Source: an uncultured delta proteobacterium
GTDB taxonomy: Bacteria > Myxococcota_A > Polyangia > Polyangiales > B10-G4
NCBI GenBank assembly: GCA_963727445.1
Contig: CAVSGI010000010.1
Span: 416,001 to 480,000, forward strand
Reading direction: 5' to 3'
Length of the DNA stretch: 64,000 nt
Made by a program: the position numbers and the translations under genes. The notes under the pieces were generated by a model. That model saw only the letters and a program-made list of their open reading frames with translations. It was not told where the DNA came from and searched no databases. Below are positions 13,901 through 23,228 of this stretch, piece by piece (position 1 is the stretch's first letter; the number at the start of each line of letters is the position of its first letter).

Positions 13901-14491
13901 GATGGAGGCGACCTCGGCTACGCCGGGCACCGACTGCAGGGCGTAACGCACCGTGAAATCCTGCAGAGCCCGAAGCTCGTGGAGGGCCCAACCGCCGGCG
14001 AGGGCTCCGTCCTCGTCGTGCCCTTCGAGGGTGTACCAATAGACCTGGCCGAGGGCGGTGGCGTCGGGGCCGAGGGTGGGGGTGGCGTCGGGAGGAAGTG
14101 TATCCGGCGGCAGGGCGGCGAGCTTTTCGAGGACGCGGGAGCGCGCCCAGTAGAACTCCACGTCGTCCTCGAAGATGACGTAGATGGTGGAAAAGCCGAG
14201 CATCGAGCTCGAGCGCACGGTGCGCACGCCCGGCATGCCGAGGAGCGCCGTCGTCAGCGGATAGGTGACCTGGTCCTCGACGTCGCGCGGCGAGCGTCCG
14301 GCCCACTCCGTGAAGACGATCTGCTGGTTTTCGCCGACATCGGGGATGGCGTCGACCGGGACGCGCTCGCGCGGGATGCCGCCGTAGTCGTGATCGAAGG
14401 GCGAAGTCGAGAGGCCGCCCAGGATCAACAGACCCACCAGCACCACCGCCGCCGCCGGGCTCTCGACGAAGAAGCCGATGACGCGCGACAT
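10957..14491 (-). CDS. cusA: CusA/CzcA-family heavy-metal RND permease (four apparent +1 frameshifts)
   Basis: Five collinear fragments: DAIPDVGENQQIVFTEW, GIAIAIGTMVDMGIV, YMPPFDEGAFLYMP, GIATDDG, RPCLMTTATT. Shifts near 13685, 13383, 12956 and 12144. Confidence 0.9.
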
Positions 14492-16458
14492 CAGTGCATG
14501 TCTCCGTCGTCGACGCGTTGGAGAGTCATCCCGCAGATGGGGCAGCGGCCCGGCTGGGGCTCGCGAATCTGCGGGTGCATGGGGCAGGTGTAAACGTGCG
14601 CATTCTCGTTCCCGTTCCCGCGCGCGTTCCCATTCCCGTTCCCGCGCGCGTTCCCGTTCCCGCGCGCGTTCCCGTTCCCGTTCCCGCGCGCGTTCCCGTT
14701 CCCGTTCCCGCCCGCCGGCGGATACGCCTCTCTCTCGGTCCCGCAGGTGCGCATCTCCTCGCCGAAGTAGGCGTTGTCGACCTCGGCGCTCCGCTGGACC
14801 CAGTCGGCACCAGCGAAGTCGAAGGCCATGGGGCAGTGGATGCGGTGAGCGCTTTCGTCGGTGGGGTTGCCGAAGGTCTCGAAGACCGAGATCGCCGCCG
14901 TGCTCGCGCGGTGGAATGCCTGGCGGGCGACATCGAGGGAGCGCGCGCCGTGAATGTCGTGGCCGGCGTCGATGAGCGTCCGGCGCATCGGCGCCCAGGC
15001 TTCCGCGGCATCGGCCGGCGCCGTGGGGGCGAAGGCCTCTGCCGCCTCCATCATGGCGTGCGCCGCATGCTTGGCGGCCTCGAGGTCGTCGGCGGCCAGG
15101 GCGGTGCTCAGGTCGAGGTAGGGGTCCATCACGGACGCGAGGGACAGCCGGAAGGCGCTGCCGATGCTCTGCGCCAGGGCCCCGGGGGCCGTGCGATTGT
15201 CGGGGTGCATCATCATCGAATGGCCACCACGGATCTGGAGCTCGGCGTCGATGGCGAAGGCGCCTTCGACGACGACCACCTCACCCTCGGCGAGTCCGGA
15301 CAGGACCGGGTAGACGTCACCGGACCGCGGCCCGAGGCGAACGCTCCGCGGCGCGTAGGTCGGCGTATCCATGCCCGCGACTTCGACGTAGACGATGGAG
15401 CGCCGGCCGGTGAAGAGGGGCGCAGAGGCGGGGATCACCAGCGGTGACTCCGCTTCGGTGCTCTGCACCTCGACCATCGCCTCGACGAACATGCCTGGCC
15501 TCAGGCGCCCCTCTTGAGAGTCGACCTCCACCCGCACGTGCGCCGTGCGCCGCATGGGATCGACGATCGGATCGACGAAGACCACGTGACCTTCGAGCAC
15601 CTCGCCGGGTAGCCCCTCGACGGTGAAGGTCACGGACTGCCCCTCGGCGAGGAGCGGTAGATCGCTCTCGTAGGCGTCGAGCTCCACCCAGAGCTTGTCG
15701 AGATCCGCGAGGCGATAGAGGACCGCGCCGGTCGAGACGTAGCTGCCCTCGGTGGCGACCCTTTCGAGCACCGTGCCGCTGAAGGGAGAGCGGATGCGCA
15801 CGGTGCGCGTCGGCGCGGACGCGTTCTCCATGCTCGCGACCTCCGCGTCGGGCAAGCCGAGCAGGCGCAGGCGCTGCCGCGCGGACTCGAGCGTGGCTTC
15901 GGCCGCGCGCCGCGCGGTTCCGGTGCCCGCCGAGAGGCGCGCGAGCTGCTGTCTGGCGACCAGCAGGTCCTGGTGCGCTGCGTAGACCTCCGGGCTGTAG
16001 AGCGTGGCGATGACCTGGCCGCGCCGGATGCGCTCCCCCGTCACGTCGACGTGGAGCCGCTCGATGCGACCGCCGATCCACGCCGTCACCTCGCGCCGCG
16101 TCGACTCGTCCGGGGAGATCTCGCCCAACAGACGTCGCGCACCTGCCGCGCCGGCGCGATGCACGACCGCCGTGCGCACCTGGGCCAGCGTCTTGGCGCG
16201 TTCGCTGAGCTGGACCTCCTCGCCGGTTTGCAGATCGCTGACGGGGATCAGGTCCATCCCGCAGATCGGGCACTGGCCAGGCTCGTTCGAGCGCACCTGC
16301 GGGTGCATGGCGCAGGTGTATTCGACCGTCTCGCCTTCCTCCGCGGTCGGCTCGGGTGTCGCCATGGCGCAGGTGCCGAAGACGAAAGCGAGGGTCGCCA
16401 CCAATGGCAGGAGGAGCCACGGACCGTATCGGAAGAGGTCTTCCTTTCGCTCACTCAT
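14491..16458 (-). CDS. cusB: CusB-family periplasmic adaptor with HMBDs at both ends and a DUF3347-like domain
   Basis: YTCAMHP..CPICGMDL, YSPEVYAAHQD, LRPGMF, HCPMAF..W..NAYFGEEMRTCG, C-terminal YTCPMHP..CPICGMTL. Confidence 0.9.
   Translation of the reverse strand: MSERKEDLFRYGPWLLLPLVATLAFVFGTCAMATPEPTAEEGETVEYTCAMHPQVRSNEPGQCPICGMDLIPVSDLQTGEEVQLSERAKTLAQVRTAVVHRAGAAGARRLLGEISPDESTRREVTAWIGGRIERLHVDVTGERIRRGQVIATLYSPEVYAAHQDLLVARQQLARLSAGTGTARRAAEATLESARQRLRLLGLPDAEVASMENASAPTRTVRIRSPFSGTVLERVATEGSYVSTGAVLYRLADLDKLWVELDAYESDLPLLAEGQSVTFTVEGLPGEVLEGHVVFVDPIVDPMRRTAHVRVEVDSQEGRLRPGMFVEAMVEVQSTEAESPLVIPASAPLFTGRRSIVYVEVAGMDTPTYAPRSVRLGPRSGDVYPVLSGLAEGEVVVVEGAFAIDAELQIRGGHSMMMHPDNRTAPGALAQSIGSAFRLSLASVMDPYLDLSTALAADDLEAAKHAAHAMMEAAEAFAPTAPADAAEAWAPMRRTLIDAGHDIHGARSLDVARQAFHRASTAAISVFETFGNPTDESAHRIHCPMAFDFAGADWVQRSAEVDNAYFGEEMRTCGTEREAYPPAGGNGNGNARGNGNGNARGNGNARGNGNGNARGNGNENAHVYTCPMHPQIREPQPGRCPICGMTLQRVDDGDMH
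14602..14710 (-). repeat. In-frame (GGGAAC)n/GCGCGC tandem repeat encoding a GNGNGNAR linker in cusB
   Basis: Directly visible 18-24 bp units. Confidence 0.9.
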
Positions 16459-17815
16459 CGCCCGCCTCCCGTCGCTCCACGCGCGAGCCCACCGCGTGCT
16501 CGAGACGCGCCCACGCTGTCGCGTGCTCTGCGCGCGCGTTCACCTCCTCGACGCCGATCTCGATCAACGCCGACACCGCCCAGAGCACTTGCGCGATGTC
16601 GGCTTGGCCCGCCGAATAGCCTCCCAGTGCGGCCTCGTAGGCACCCTCTGCCTGCGGGACGAGCGTATTTTCGTAGAGGAGCACGCGGCGCGCCGAGTCG
16701 CGCACCTGCGAGAGCGCCACACTCATCGCCTCCTCGGCGTGGTCGGCCGCGGCTTCACCCGCCGCCCGGGAAGCGGCCGCTTCGGCGTGACGCGCCTCGG
16801 CGGCCTCGCGGTAGGTGCCGTACCAGAGCGGCACGCTGACCGCGACGGAGACGATCAGCGGGTCCTTGCCGCTGCCCTGCACCCCCGCTGTGACGGCGCT
16901 GCCGGTCTCGATCCAGTCGAAGCCCAGCTCGAAGCTCGGCAGACCGCGCGCGGCCTCGGCATCCCCCGCCGTATCCTGAGACGCCGCGTCCTGTTCGAAG
17001 GCGGCGACGCTGGGATGCGACCGCGCCATCGCGCGCATCGTCTCTTCGTCGGTCGCGGGGAGGGCGACCTGGGTCGGGTCTTCGGCGGTGGGGAGCGCCA
17101 CCTCCGAGCCCACGCCGAGGACCGCTCGGAGCTCGGCGGCGGCGGCTCGCTGCATCTGTCGGTGCCGGTCGCGGTGGTCGTGGTGGCGCTCGACCCGGAG
17201 ATCGAGCTGCGCGAGGTCGCCCACGTTCGCCTGCCCGATCTCGACCCGCGCGCGCACGGTCTCGAGGAGCGCGTCGAGGAGCCCGTCCTGATCCGCGAGC
17301 AGCGCGTGGATGCGGCGGATCCGCCAGAGCTCGTAGTACGCTTCCACGACGCGCCGCTCCACAGCGAGGGCCTCCGCTTCGAAGCGCTCGCTGGCGGCGC
17401 GCGCCGCGAGGGCAGCGGACTCGCCTCCCGCGCTCACCTGTGTCGGCCAGGGGAGGCGTTGCCTCAAGCCCACCCGATGGCGCTGCGGACCCACCCGCGT
17501 CTCGACGCTGCGGATGAAGTAGCCGTAGCTCACCATCGGGTCCGGCAGACGCCGCGCGCCGGAGATGCGGAGCGTGGCCGCCTTCCATCGCCCGTAGCTC
17601 GCTTCGAGCGTCGGGCTCTCGGCGAGGGCGTGGGTGACGTAGGCCTGCACCGACCCGTCGAAGCTCGGCGCGCCTTCCCGTTGGGCTTCGGCAGCACGTT
17701 CACGCCCGAAACGGCGCAGATCACTGCGAACGCTCTGCTCCGTGCTGCCTGCACATCCCGCGATCGCCACGACGAGCGTCGCGATCGCCATCTTCCTCTG
17801 ACTCATCTCCATCAC
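16451..17815 (-). CDS. TolC/CusC-family outer-membrane factor
   Basis: IAGC lipobox, LPDP, QRLPW, SVPLW, LYENTLVPQAE; position next to cusB. Confidence 0.9.
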   Translation of the reverse strand: MMEMSQRKMAIATLVVAIAGCAGSTEQSVRSDLRRFGRERAAEAQREGAPSFDGSVQAYVTHALAESPTLEASYGRWKAATLRISGARRLPDPMVSYGYFIRSVETRVGPQRHRVGLRQRLPWPTQVSAGGESAALAARAASERFEAEALAVERRVVEAYYELWRIRRIHALLADQDGLLDALLETVRARVEIGQANVGDLAQLDLRVERHHDHRDRHRQMQRAAAAELRAVLGVGSEVALPTAEDPTQVALPATDEETMRAMARSHPSVAAFEQDAASQDTAGDAEAARGLPSFELGFDWIETGSAVTAGVQGSGKDPLIVSVAVSVPLWYGTYREAAEARHAEAAASRAAGEAAADHAEEAMSVALSQVRDSARRVLLYENTLVPQAEGAYEAALGGYSAGQADIAQVLWAVSALIEIGVEEVNARAEHATAWARLEHAVGSRVERREAGDE

Positions 17816-17932
17816 CTCTCGCAGAGAGATCCGTTTGGTCCTCCGTCGTACGGACGGCGGCCCATCGCCAAACCGGCGAGGCTCAGGCGACCACTGCGCG
17901 CACGAAAGCCGTGGCGGCGGTCGCCGCGCGGA

Positions 17933-18322
17933 TCAGATCACGAGGACGATGGTGCGCGTCGGCGGCGCCCGATCCGGTGGACGTTCGACGATCGGTCGAA
18001 AGCCGCGCGGGTCGGGACCCTGGCTTCCGTGCAGCGCGCCGAGCGGCGCGTGGAGGATGGCGAGGGGGGGGCCGCCGATCTCGGGCGTCGAGGCGGTCGT
18101 GGAGGAGGGCGAGCTGTCCGCGACGAAAGGCCGCTGACAGCAGCTGTGATGAACGCGCTCGACAGCCGGCGCTTCGTCGTGGGCGCAGCAGCCGGGGATC
18201 GGAGGCGCGACCTCGAGCCGCGAGTAGCACTCGTCCAGCCCCACGAGGGTCTGCCCGGAGACCGCGAGGGTCATCAGGGACAGGAGGGCGGCGACAGAGC
18301 CTCTGAGGATCGCGCGGAGCAC
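17933..18322 (-). CDS. Putative CutF/CruR (DUF2946-like) leader protein with a C-terminal RAPP motif
   Basis: Signal-like N-terminus, GCCAH and HHSCC, C-terminus ERPPDRAPPTRTIVLVI*. Start chosen just downstream of a predicted promoter. Confidence 0.65.
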   Translation of the reverse strand: MLRAILRGSVAALLSLMTLAVSGQTLVGLDECYSRLEVAPPIPGCCAHDEAPAVERVHHSCCQRPFVADSSPSSTTASTPEIGGPPLAILHAPLGALHGSQGPDPRGFRPIVERPPDRAPPTRTIVLVI

Positions 18323-18332
18323 GACGACCACA

Positions 18333-18400
18333 ATTATGTGCGGCCCGATGCTCCCGTTGCAAGCTGAGCACTTTACGCCTGCGCAAGCGTTCCGTAGCGT
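18333..18400. promoter_or_regulatory. Back-to-back sigma70-like promoters
   Basis: Minus strand: TTGCAA(18362-57)-N18-CATAAT(18338-33). Plus strand: TTTACG(18372-77)-N17-TAGCGT(18395-400), 6 nt before ATG 18407. Confidence 0.55.
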
Positions 18401-18406
18401 TCGGGC

Positions 18407-18748
18407 ATGTCCCCAATTCGTCTGGCCGTCGCTCTCCTCGTCCTCCTCTCGGCTTGCGACGACGTGGCCGAGGCGCCCGCCGAGGGGCCGGTGCGTCACG
18501 CGATCGAGGTCGACGCCCACGGTTACCACCCGGATCGCGTCGAGGCGCGGGCAGGGGAGCCCGTGACCCTCGTCTTCACGCGCACCACCGAAGAGGGCTG
18601 CGGCGACGAGCTGGTGATCGAGAGCGAAGGGATCCGCCGCGAACTGCCCGTCGGTGAGGCGGTGGAGGTCACCTTCACCCCGGAGGCCGGCGAGGTGAGC
18701 TTCGCCTGTGGCATGAACATGTACCGCGGCACCGTCGTCGTTCGGTGA
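18407..18748 (+). CDS. Cupredoxin-domain lipoprotein (CupA-like)
   Basis: LSAC lipobox; GYHPDRV, EGCGDEL, FACGMNMYRG. Confidence 0.85.
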   Translation: MSPIRLAVALLVLLSACDDVAEAPAEGPVRHAIEVDAHGYHPDRVEARAGEPVTLVFTRTTEEGCGDELVIESEGIRRELPVGEAVEVTFTPEAGEVSFACGMNMYRGTVVVR

Positions 18749-18834
18749 AGGTGCGTGGGACGCTCCGCCTCGAGCGCCGATGTACGTGTTGCCCCGCCGA
18801 GCGGCGCGCGTAGATGGGCCCTCGGAGGCGATGG

Positions 18835-19419
18835 ATGAGAGACATCATTTTTCCGATGTTGGCGTTGCTCGCGGCCTGCGGCGGGCCACAGGATCCCGCG
18901 ACCGAGAATCTGACCGCGGATGAGCACGAGGCCGAGGCCGAACGAGAGGAGGCCGAGGCAGATGAGCAGGAATCCCTCGCGACCCACGTGTACAGCGCGA
19001 GCGAGTACGACCCCACCGATGCGCGTTTGGCGGTCGCGGAAGAGCATCGTGACCACGCCGAGGCGCACCGTCGCCAGGCGGAGCGGCTGCGCGCCTTCGA
19101 AAACGCGCAGTGCGCGGAGTTCAGCGAGTCCGCCAGGTCCGCTTGCCCGTTCCTGTTGGGGCTACGCGAGATCGAGGATGTCGACGGCGGAGTCAGGGTC
19201 GTCTTCGACAGCGACGCGCCCATCGACGCCATCGTCGACCACATCCGCTGCCACCTCGCCTTCGTCGCGGCCCAGGGTGACGAAGGCATCGAGGACTGCG
19301 CCCTCTACGTTCCCGGTGCCGCAGTCCAGGAGCTGGACGGCGTGGTCGTGCTCACCACGGACCAACCGGATCAGGTTGCCGAGCTGCGCCGTCGAGTTCG
19401 CCTGCAGGAGGAACACTGA
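18835..19419 (+). CDS. Hypothetical His/Cys-containing lipoprotein
   Basis: LAAC lipobox, upstream GGAGG, EHRDHAEAH, four Cys in the mature part. Confidence 0.7.
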   Translation: MRDIIFPMLALLAACGGPQDPATENLTADEHEAEAEREEAEADEQESLATHVYSASEYDPTDARLAVAEEHRDHAEAHRRQAERLRAFENAQCAEFSESARSACPFLLGLREIEDVDGGVRVVFDSDAPIDAIVDHIRCHLAFVAAQGDEGIEDCALYVPGAAVQELDGVVVLTTDQPDQVAELRRRVRLQEEH

Positions 19420-19429
19420 CAGCGATGTG

Positions 19430-20359
19430 TCACGCCGCCTTTTGTGAGAGCTTGGCGAGGCGTGCCGCCTCGGTGGCGGGCTCGGTGACGTCGTAGCCGA
19501 CAGAGCGGCTGAGCAGGGCGATCAGCGTCTCCCAAACGCGCGATGCGAAGAGGAAACGGGGGACCGTGACCTGAGTGTCGAGGACGAGCGCCATCCCATA
19601 CCACGCCGGCACGAGCCGGACCGCGTCGAGGGCGAAGCTCATCCTGGGCCAGAGGGGCCCCACGAGGTGGAGCTCACCCTCGCGGAGGATGACGGTGCTC
19701 ACCGCCAGGCACTCGAGGAGACAGACGAAGAAGGTGGCGAGGACCGTGAGGCCGAGTGCCCAGCTGAAGTCGATGGAGCTGGCGAAGACGCAGGCGAGGA
19801 ACAGGATGCAGAACGCGAGCAACCGCGGGGTCCCCAATGCCACGTCGGCGTGAAAGCCCAGGTCGCTTTGTTCGCGCGAAGCGAACCGACGGATCTCCTC
19901 TTCCGGCGCCAGCACGTCATAGCCGGCGAGCTCGATGAGCAGGGGCATGACTTCGCGACGGGCCTCGACGGTCAGCTCCTCGACGTAGACGACCATCTCG
20001 CCTTCGCGGTCGAGTGCGACGCGTCCGGTGGAGACGCGGTGAATGAGGAGATCGAGGTAGTCGATTCGCCGGTCGGTTCCGTCGGCGTAGACCAGGCGCA
20101 CGATCGACCTCTCGATCTCGAGGCGTACGGGACGGGGCGCCGTGAACGAGGTGCTGATGGGCACCATCGCCAGCGTCCCGACGAGGAGCAGGCCCCCGGC
20201 GGCGATCCCCACCCACCCCTCGGCCGTGGCACAGAGCGCCACCCCGGCGACGAGGGTGATCGCCATGACGCCCAGGGCGGAGGCCCACACCTCGGTGTGC
20301 AGCGGCAGCTGAACTGAACGCGCCCCCGGGGATGGGTGATGTCGGTAGGGGGAGGGCAT
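19430..20359 (-). CDS. Hypothetical membrane protein (two TM-pair plus soluble modules)
   Basis: Two hydrophobic hairpins; fills the gap between neighbouring genes. Confidence 0.55.
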   Translation of the reverse strand: MPSPYRHHPSPGARSVQLPLHTEVWASALGVMAITLVAGVALCATAEGWVGIAAGGLLLVGTLAMVPISTSFTAPRPVRLEIERSIVRLVYADGTDRRIDYLDLLIHRVSTGRVALDREGEMVVYVEELTVEARREVMPLLIELAGYDVLAPEEEIRRFASREQSDLGFHADVALGTPRLLAFCILFLACVFASSIDFSWALGLTVLATFFVCLLECLAVSTVILREGELHLVGPLWPRMSFALDAVRLVPAWYGMALVLDTQVTVPRFLFASRVWETLIALLSRSVGYDVTEPATEAARLAKLSQKAA

Positions 20360-20482
20360 GGCTCTACGAGGAGCAAGCCGCGTTCCATTCCCATTCGCCC
20401 GTAAGGGGAGGGTGAGAGCGCTCTCGGGGGCCCATCGCGTCGGGCAAGATCTCTCGCTGGTGCAGCCTGCACCAGCACGAGC

Positions 20483-21535
20483 TCAGACGAAGCGGGCGGG
20501 GCCCCGCACCCCGTCGCTCTCCTCGCCCTCCCCGTAGCGGTAGGGCGGATCGAGGAGCTCGTTGATGCGGTCCATCACCACGTCCACGTATCCCTGGAAG
20601 CGATCGTGATGGGCGTGCTCGGCCTCTGGGGTGAAGGGCTGGAAGTCGTCCTCGGTGTGGAAGCGCGACATCTGGTCGTAGGTGATCGGCTGGCCGAAGC
20701 GATAGACGATGTCGCCGCCGCCCCGCGCGATCGGCGAGCTGGTGCGGTACACCTCGTTCGAGCCGTTGCAGCCCACGGGGACGATGGTGCGCCGATGCTT
20801 GAGCGCGATCTGCGCGATGCCCCCGTGCCCGCGCGAGAGCTGCACGGAGCGCGTCCCCTGGGGGAAGATCAGCGTGTCGAGGCCCTTGTCGAGCGCCTCG
20901 GCGTTCAGCTCCGTGAAGATGCCCATCATCTCCTTGAAGAGCTCGACGATGGCCAACGCGTAGTCCTCGTGACGCGGGTCGAAGGGGCGCCCGAGGAGAT
21001 CGCGCGCTTCGGTAAGCACGCGCGGTGGCACGCCGGAGGCGTCGACCTCGTCCCGGGCGGCGCCGGTCGCGAGCGAGATCGCGGCCGCCTCCACCATCGC
21101 GCGCAGCGTCTTGTATTCGTCTTCGGAAGGAGGCCGCCCCACGACGTTGACGAAGTCACGGGTCACGAGGTAGCCCCGGCTCACCGTCGGGATGTTGTTG
21201 GTGACCTCCATGAACTTCCCGACGTAGGGGTTCTGGTAGTACTTCCCTTTGACCCAGGTGGCGGTGAAGCGGCCCTCGTTGCGCCACAGCCAGTACTGGA
21301 ACGGCCAGTAGTTGTAGCGATCCGTGTGATTCATCGCGAAGAGCACCGGATGCTCGGGCACGTTGTCGAAGCCCTCGAAGCGGATCCGAACCCTGGGGGG
21401 CAGGTTGTAGTTCGGCATCAGGAGCATGTAGGCGACGAGCCGCTGGAAGCGCGGGTGCGCCGTCAGACGGATCGATCGGAGCCTGCCCAGGGTCAGCACG
21501 TTTTCGTTTTGCCGCTCCGGCCTCGTGGGTGTCAA
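20483..21535 (-). CDS. PlsC-like lysophospholipid acyltransferase
   Basis: FAMNHTDRYN, IFPQGTRS, IVPVG. Confidence 0.8.
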   Translation of the reverse strand: MTPTRPERQNENVLTLGRLRSIRLTAHPRFQRLVAYMLLMPNYNLPPRVRIRFEGFDNVPEHPVLFAMNHTDRYNYWPFQYWLWRNEGRFTATWVKGKYYQNPYVGKFMEVTNNIPTVSRGYLVTRDFVNVVGRPPSEDEYKTLRAMVEAAAISLATGAARDEVDASGVPPRVLTEARDLLGRPFDPRHEDYALAIVELFKEMMGIFTELNAEALDKGLDTLIFPQGTRSVQLSRGHGGIAQIALKHRRTIVPVGCNGSNEVYRTSSPIARGGGDIVYRFGQPITYDQMSRFHTEDDFQPFTPEAEHAHHDRFQGYVDVVMDRINELLDPPYRYGEGEESDGVRGPARFV

Positions 21536-21552
21536 CCTCCGCCGAACGAGCG

Positions 21553-22263
21553 ATGGCGGAGCAGACCGAAGAGGGCGGCGGCCCGGAGCAGCCGCGGAGA
21601 GGCGGAGCGCGGCGGCACCTCCTCGCGGGCTTCGTGCTCTTTCACCTCGCGAGCGCGTGCATCCTCTCGGTCCCGGCGTCGGGGGGCATGCGGGACATCA
21701 GCGCGTGGCGCGCGCCTCACGCCCAACGCGAGCTCGCGGTCTGGGCCGAGCGCGCCCGGGGGCTCGGCTGGGACGTGAGCAACTCCGAGTTCGAGGCGTG
21801 GCTGTGGGACTTCGCGCACGACTACCTCGAGGTGCGCGACCAGATCGCCGCGCCCTTCTCCCTCTACGCTCATTACACCGGTGCCCTCCAGGGCTGGTCG
21901 ATGTTCGCCAACCCGCAGACCGAGCCGGCGTGGCTGGTCGTCGATGTCCGTGACGAGGGGGGAGATTTTCGAACCGTCTACCGCGAGCGCTCCGACTCCG
22001 AGGAGTGGATGCGGCGGCAGCTCGATTTCAATCGCGTGCGCAAGCTCGAAGGCCGTCTCGGTCGCGGCGCGTACGACGACTACTATCGCGGCCTGGTGGA
22101 CTGGCTCGCGCGTCACGCCGCCACCGACTTCCCCGAGGCGACCCAGCTCCGCGCGCGCGTGGAGAGACGACACACGCTCCCGCCCTCCGACAACGCCGAT
22201 GGGGACTACGAGGGGGCGCGCTACGAGCGCGAGCTGATCGTCGACCTGGAGCCGCTCCGATGA
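21553..22263 (+). CDS. DUF5819/SdpA-like protein
   Basis: N-terminal TM with His; QGWSMFANP; ATGA-coupled to the HTTM gene. Confidence 0.55.
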   Translation: MAEQTEEGGGPEQPRRGGARRHLLAGFVLFHLASACILSVPASGGMRDISAWRAPHAQRELAVWAERARGLGWDVSNSEFEAWLWDFAHDYLEVRDQIAAPFSLYAHYTGALQGWSMFANPQTEPAWLVVDVRDEGGDFRTVYRERSDSEEWMRRQLDFNRVRKLEGRLGRGAYDDYYRGLVDWLARHAATDFPEATQLRARVERRHTLPPSDNADGDYEGARYERELIVDLEPLR

Positions 22264-23228
22264 AGCGCTTCTGGCGCTGGATGGTGGAGCTCTCCTCCCG
22301 GCAGGAGGGCGGGACGAGCTTGGCGCTCTTTCGGATCTTCGTCTCGCTGACGCTGCTCTACAGCCTGCTCAGCATCGCCTCTGCCGATCTGGTGACGGCT
22401 CTGTGGGTCGACCGGAGCCACGGCGGCATGCAGAGCGTCTACGAAAACGATCTGATGCGCCTCCTCGGCGGCGCGACGCCGGACGTCGTGTGGCTGCTGT
22501 GGACGACGGCGCTCCTTTCGAGCCTCGCGCTCCTCGCCGGTCTCTGGGGGCGGTTGAGCGCCTTCGTGCTGCTTCAGAGCTACTACGCGCTCTACATGAC
22601 GAACGGCCTCGCTTCGGGCGGCTACGACATGATGATCTCGAACGCTCTGTGGCTCCTCGTGCTGGGGAACGGCACGGCGACGCTCTCGGTCGACTGCTAC
22701 CGGCGCTACGGCACGATCGGCAGCGACGAGACGGTACCCGCGTGGCCGCGCTACGCCCTCGTCTGGCAGCTGACGATGATCTACTTCTTCACCGGCATCC
22801 AGAAGGCCAGCGCGCCGTGGACACCTGGCGGCGGTTACACCGCGCTCTACTACGTGATGCACGACCCGACCTGGATGCGCTGGGGCGGCGCGTCCTTGGC
22901 CGATGCGCTGTTGCCGCTCACCCGCATCGGGACCGCCGTCAGCTGGCACTGGGAGCACTCCGCCATCCTCCTGCCCCTGGTCTTCTACTATCGCGCGACA
23001 CGGGATCGTCCCGGGCGGATCCGCGCCGCTTTCAACCGCTTCGACCTCCGAAAGGTCTGGGCCGTGCTCGGTTTGTCCATGCACGTCGGCATCCTGACGA
23101 TGCTCAACGTGGGCCCCTTCTCCCTCATCAGCGCGAGCTATTACGTCTCCCTCTTCGCGCCCGACGAGGCGAAGCGGGCGCTGTTGCGCGTGCTGCCGGC
23201 GCGCCTCAGTGCTGCGGTCGGCAGATGA
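22260..23228 (+). CDS. HTTM-domain membrane protein (SdpB/VKGC-like)
   Basis: SLALFRI, QLTMIYFFTGIQK, MHVGI..LNVGPFS. Confidence 0.8.
   Translation: MKRFWRWMVELSSRQEGGTSLALFRIFVSLTLLYSLLSIASADLVTALWVDRSHGGMQSVYENDLMRLLGGATPDVVWLLWTTALLSSLALLAGLWGRLSAFVLLQSYYALYMTNGLASGGYDMMISNALWLLVLGNGTATLSVDCYRRYGTIGSDETVPAWPRYALVWQLTMIYFFTGIQKASAPWTPGGGYTALYYVMHDPTWMRWGGASLADALLPLTRIGTAVSWHWEHSAILLPLVFYYRATRDRPGRIRAAFNRFDLRKVWAVLGLSMHVGILTMLNVGPFSLISASYYVSLFAPDEAKRALLRVLPARLSAAVGR

Noticed and set aside
10957..14491. cusA as a pseudogene or programmed-frameshift gene
   Set aside because: Only isolated +1 indels, with no slippery sites or nonsense decay. The same pattern occurs in unrelated genes, so sequencing error is more likely.
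16004..18367. Long overlapping ORFs (this 787-aa one, also 1071..2807, 26129..27922, 44516..46561 and others)
   Set aside because: Typical stop-poor antisense or alternate frames in high-GC DNA, lying opposite well-supported genes.
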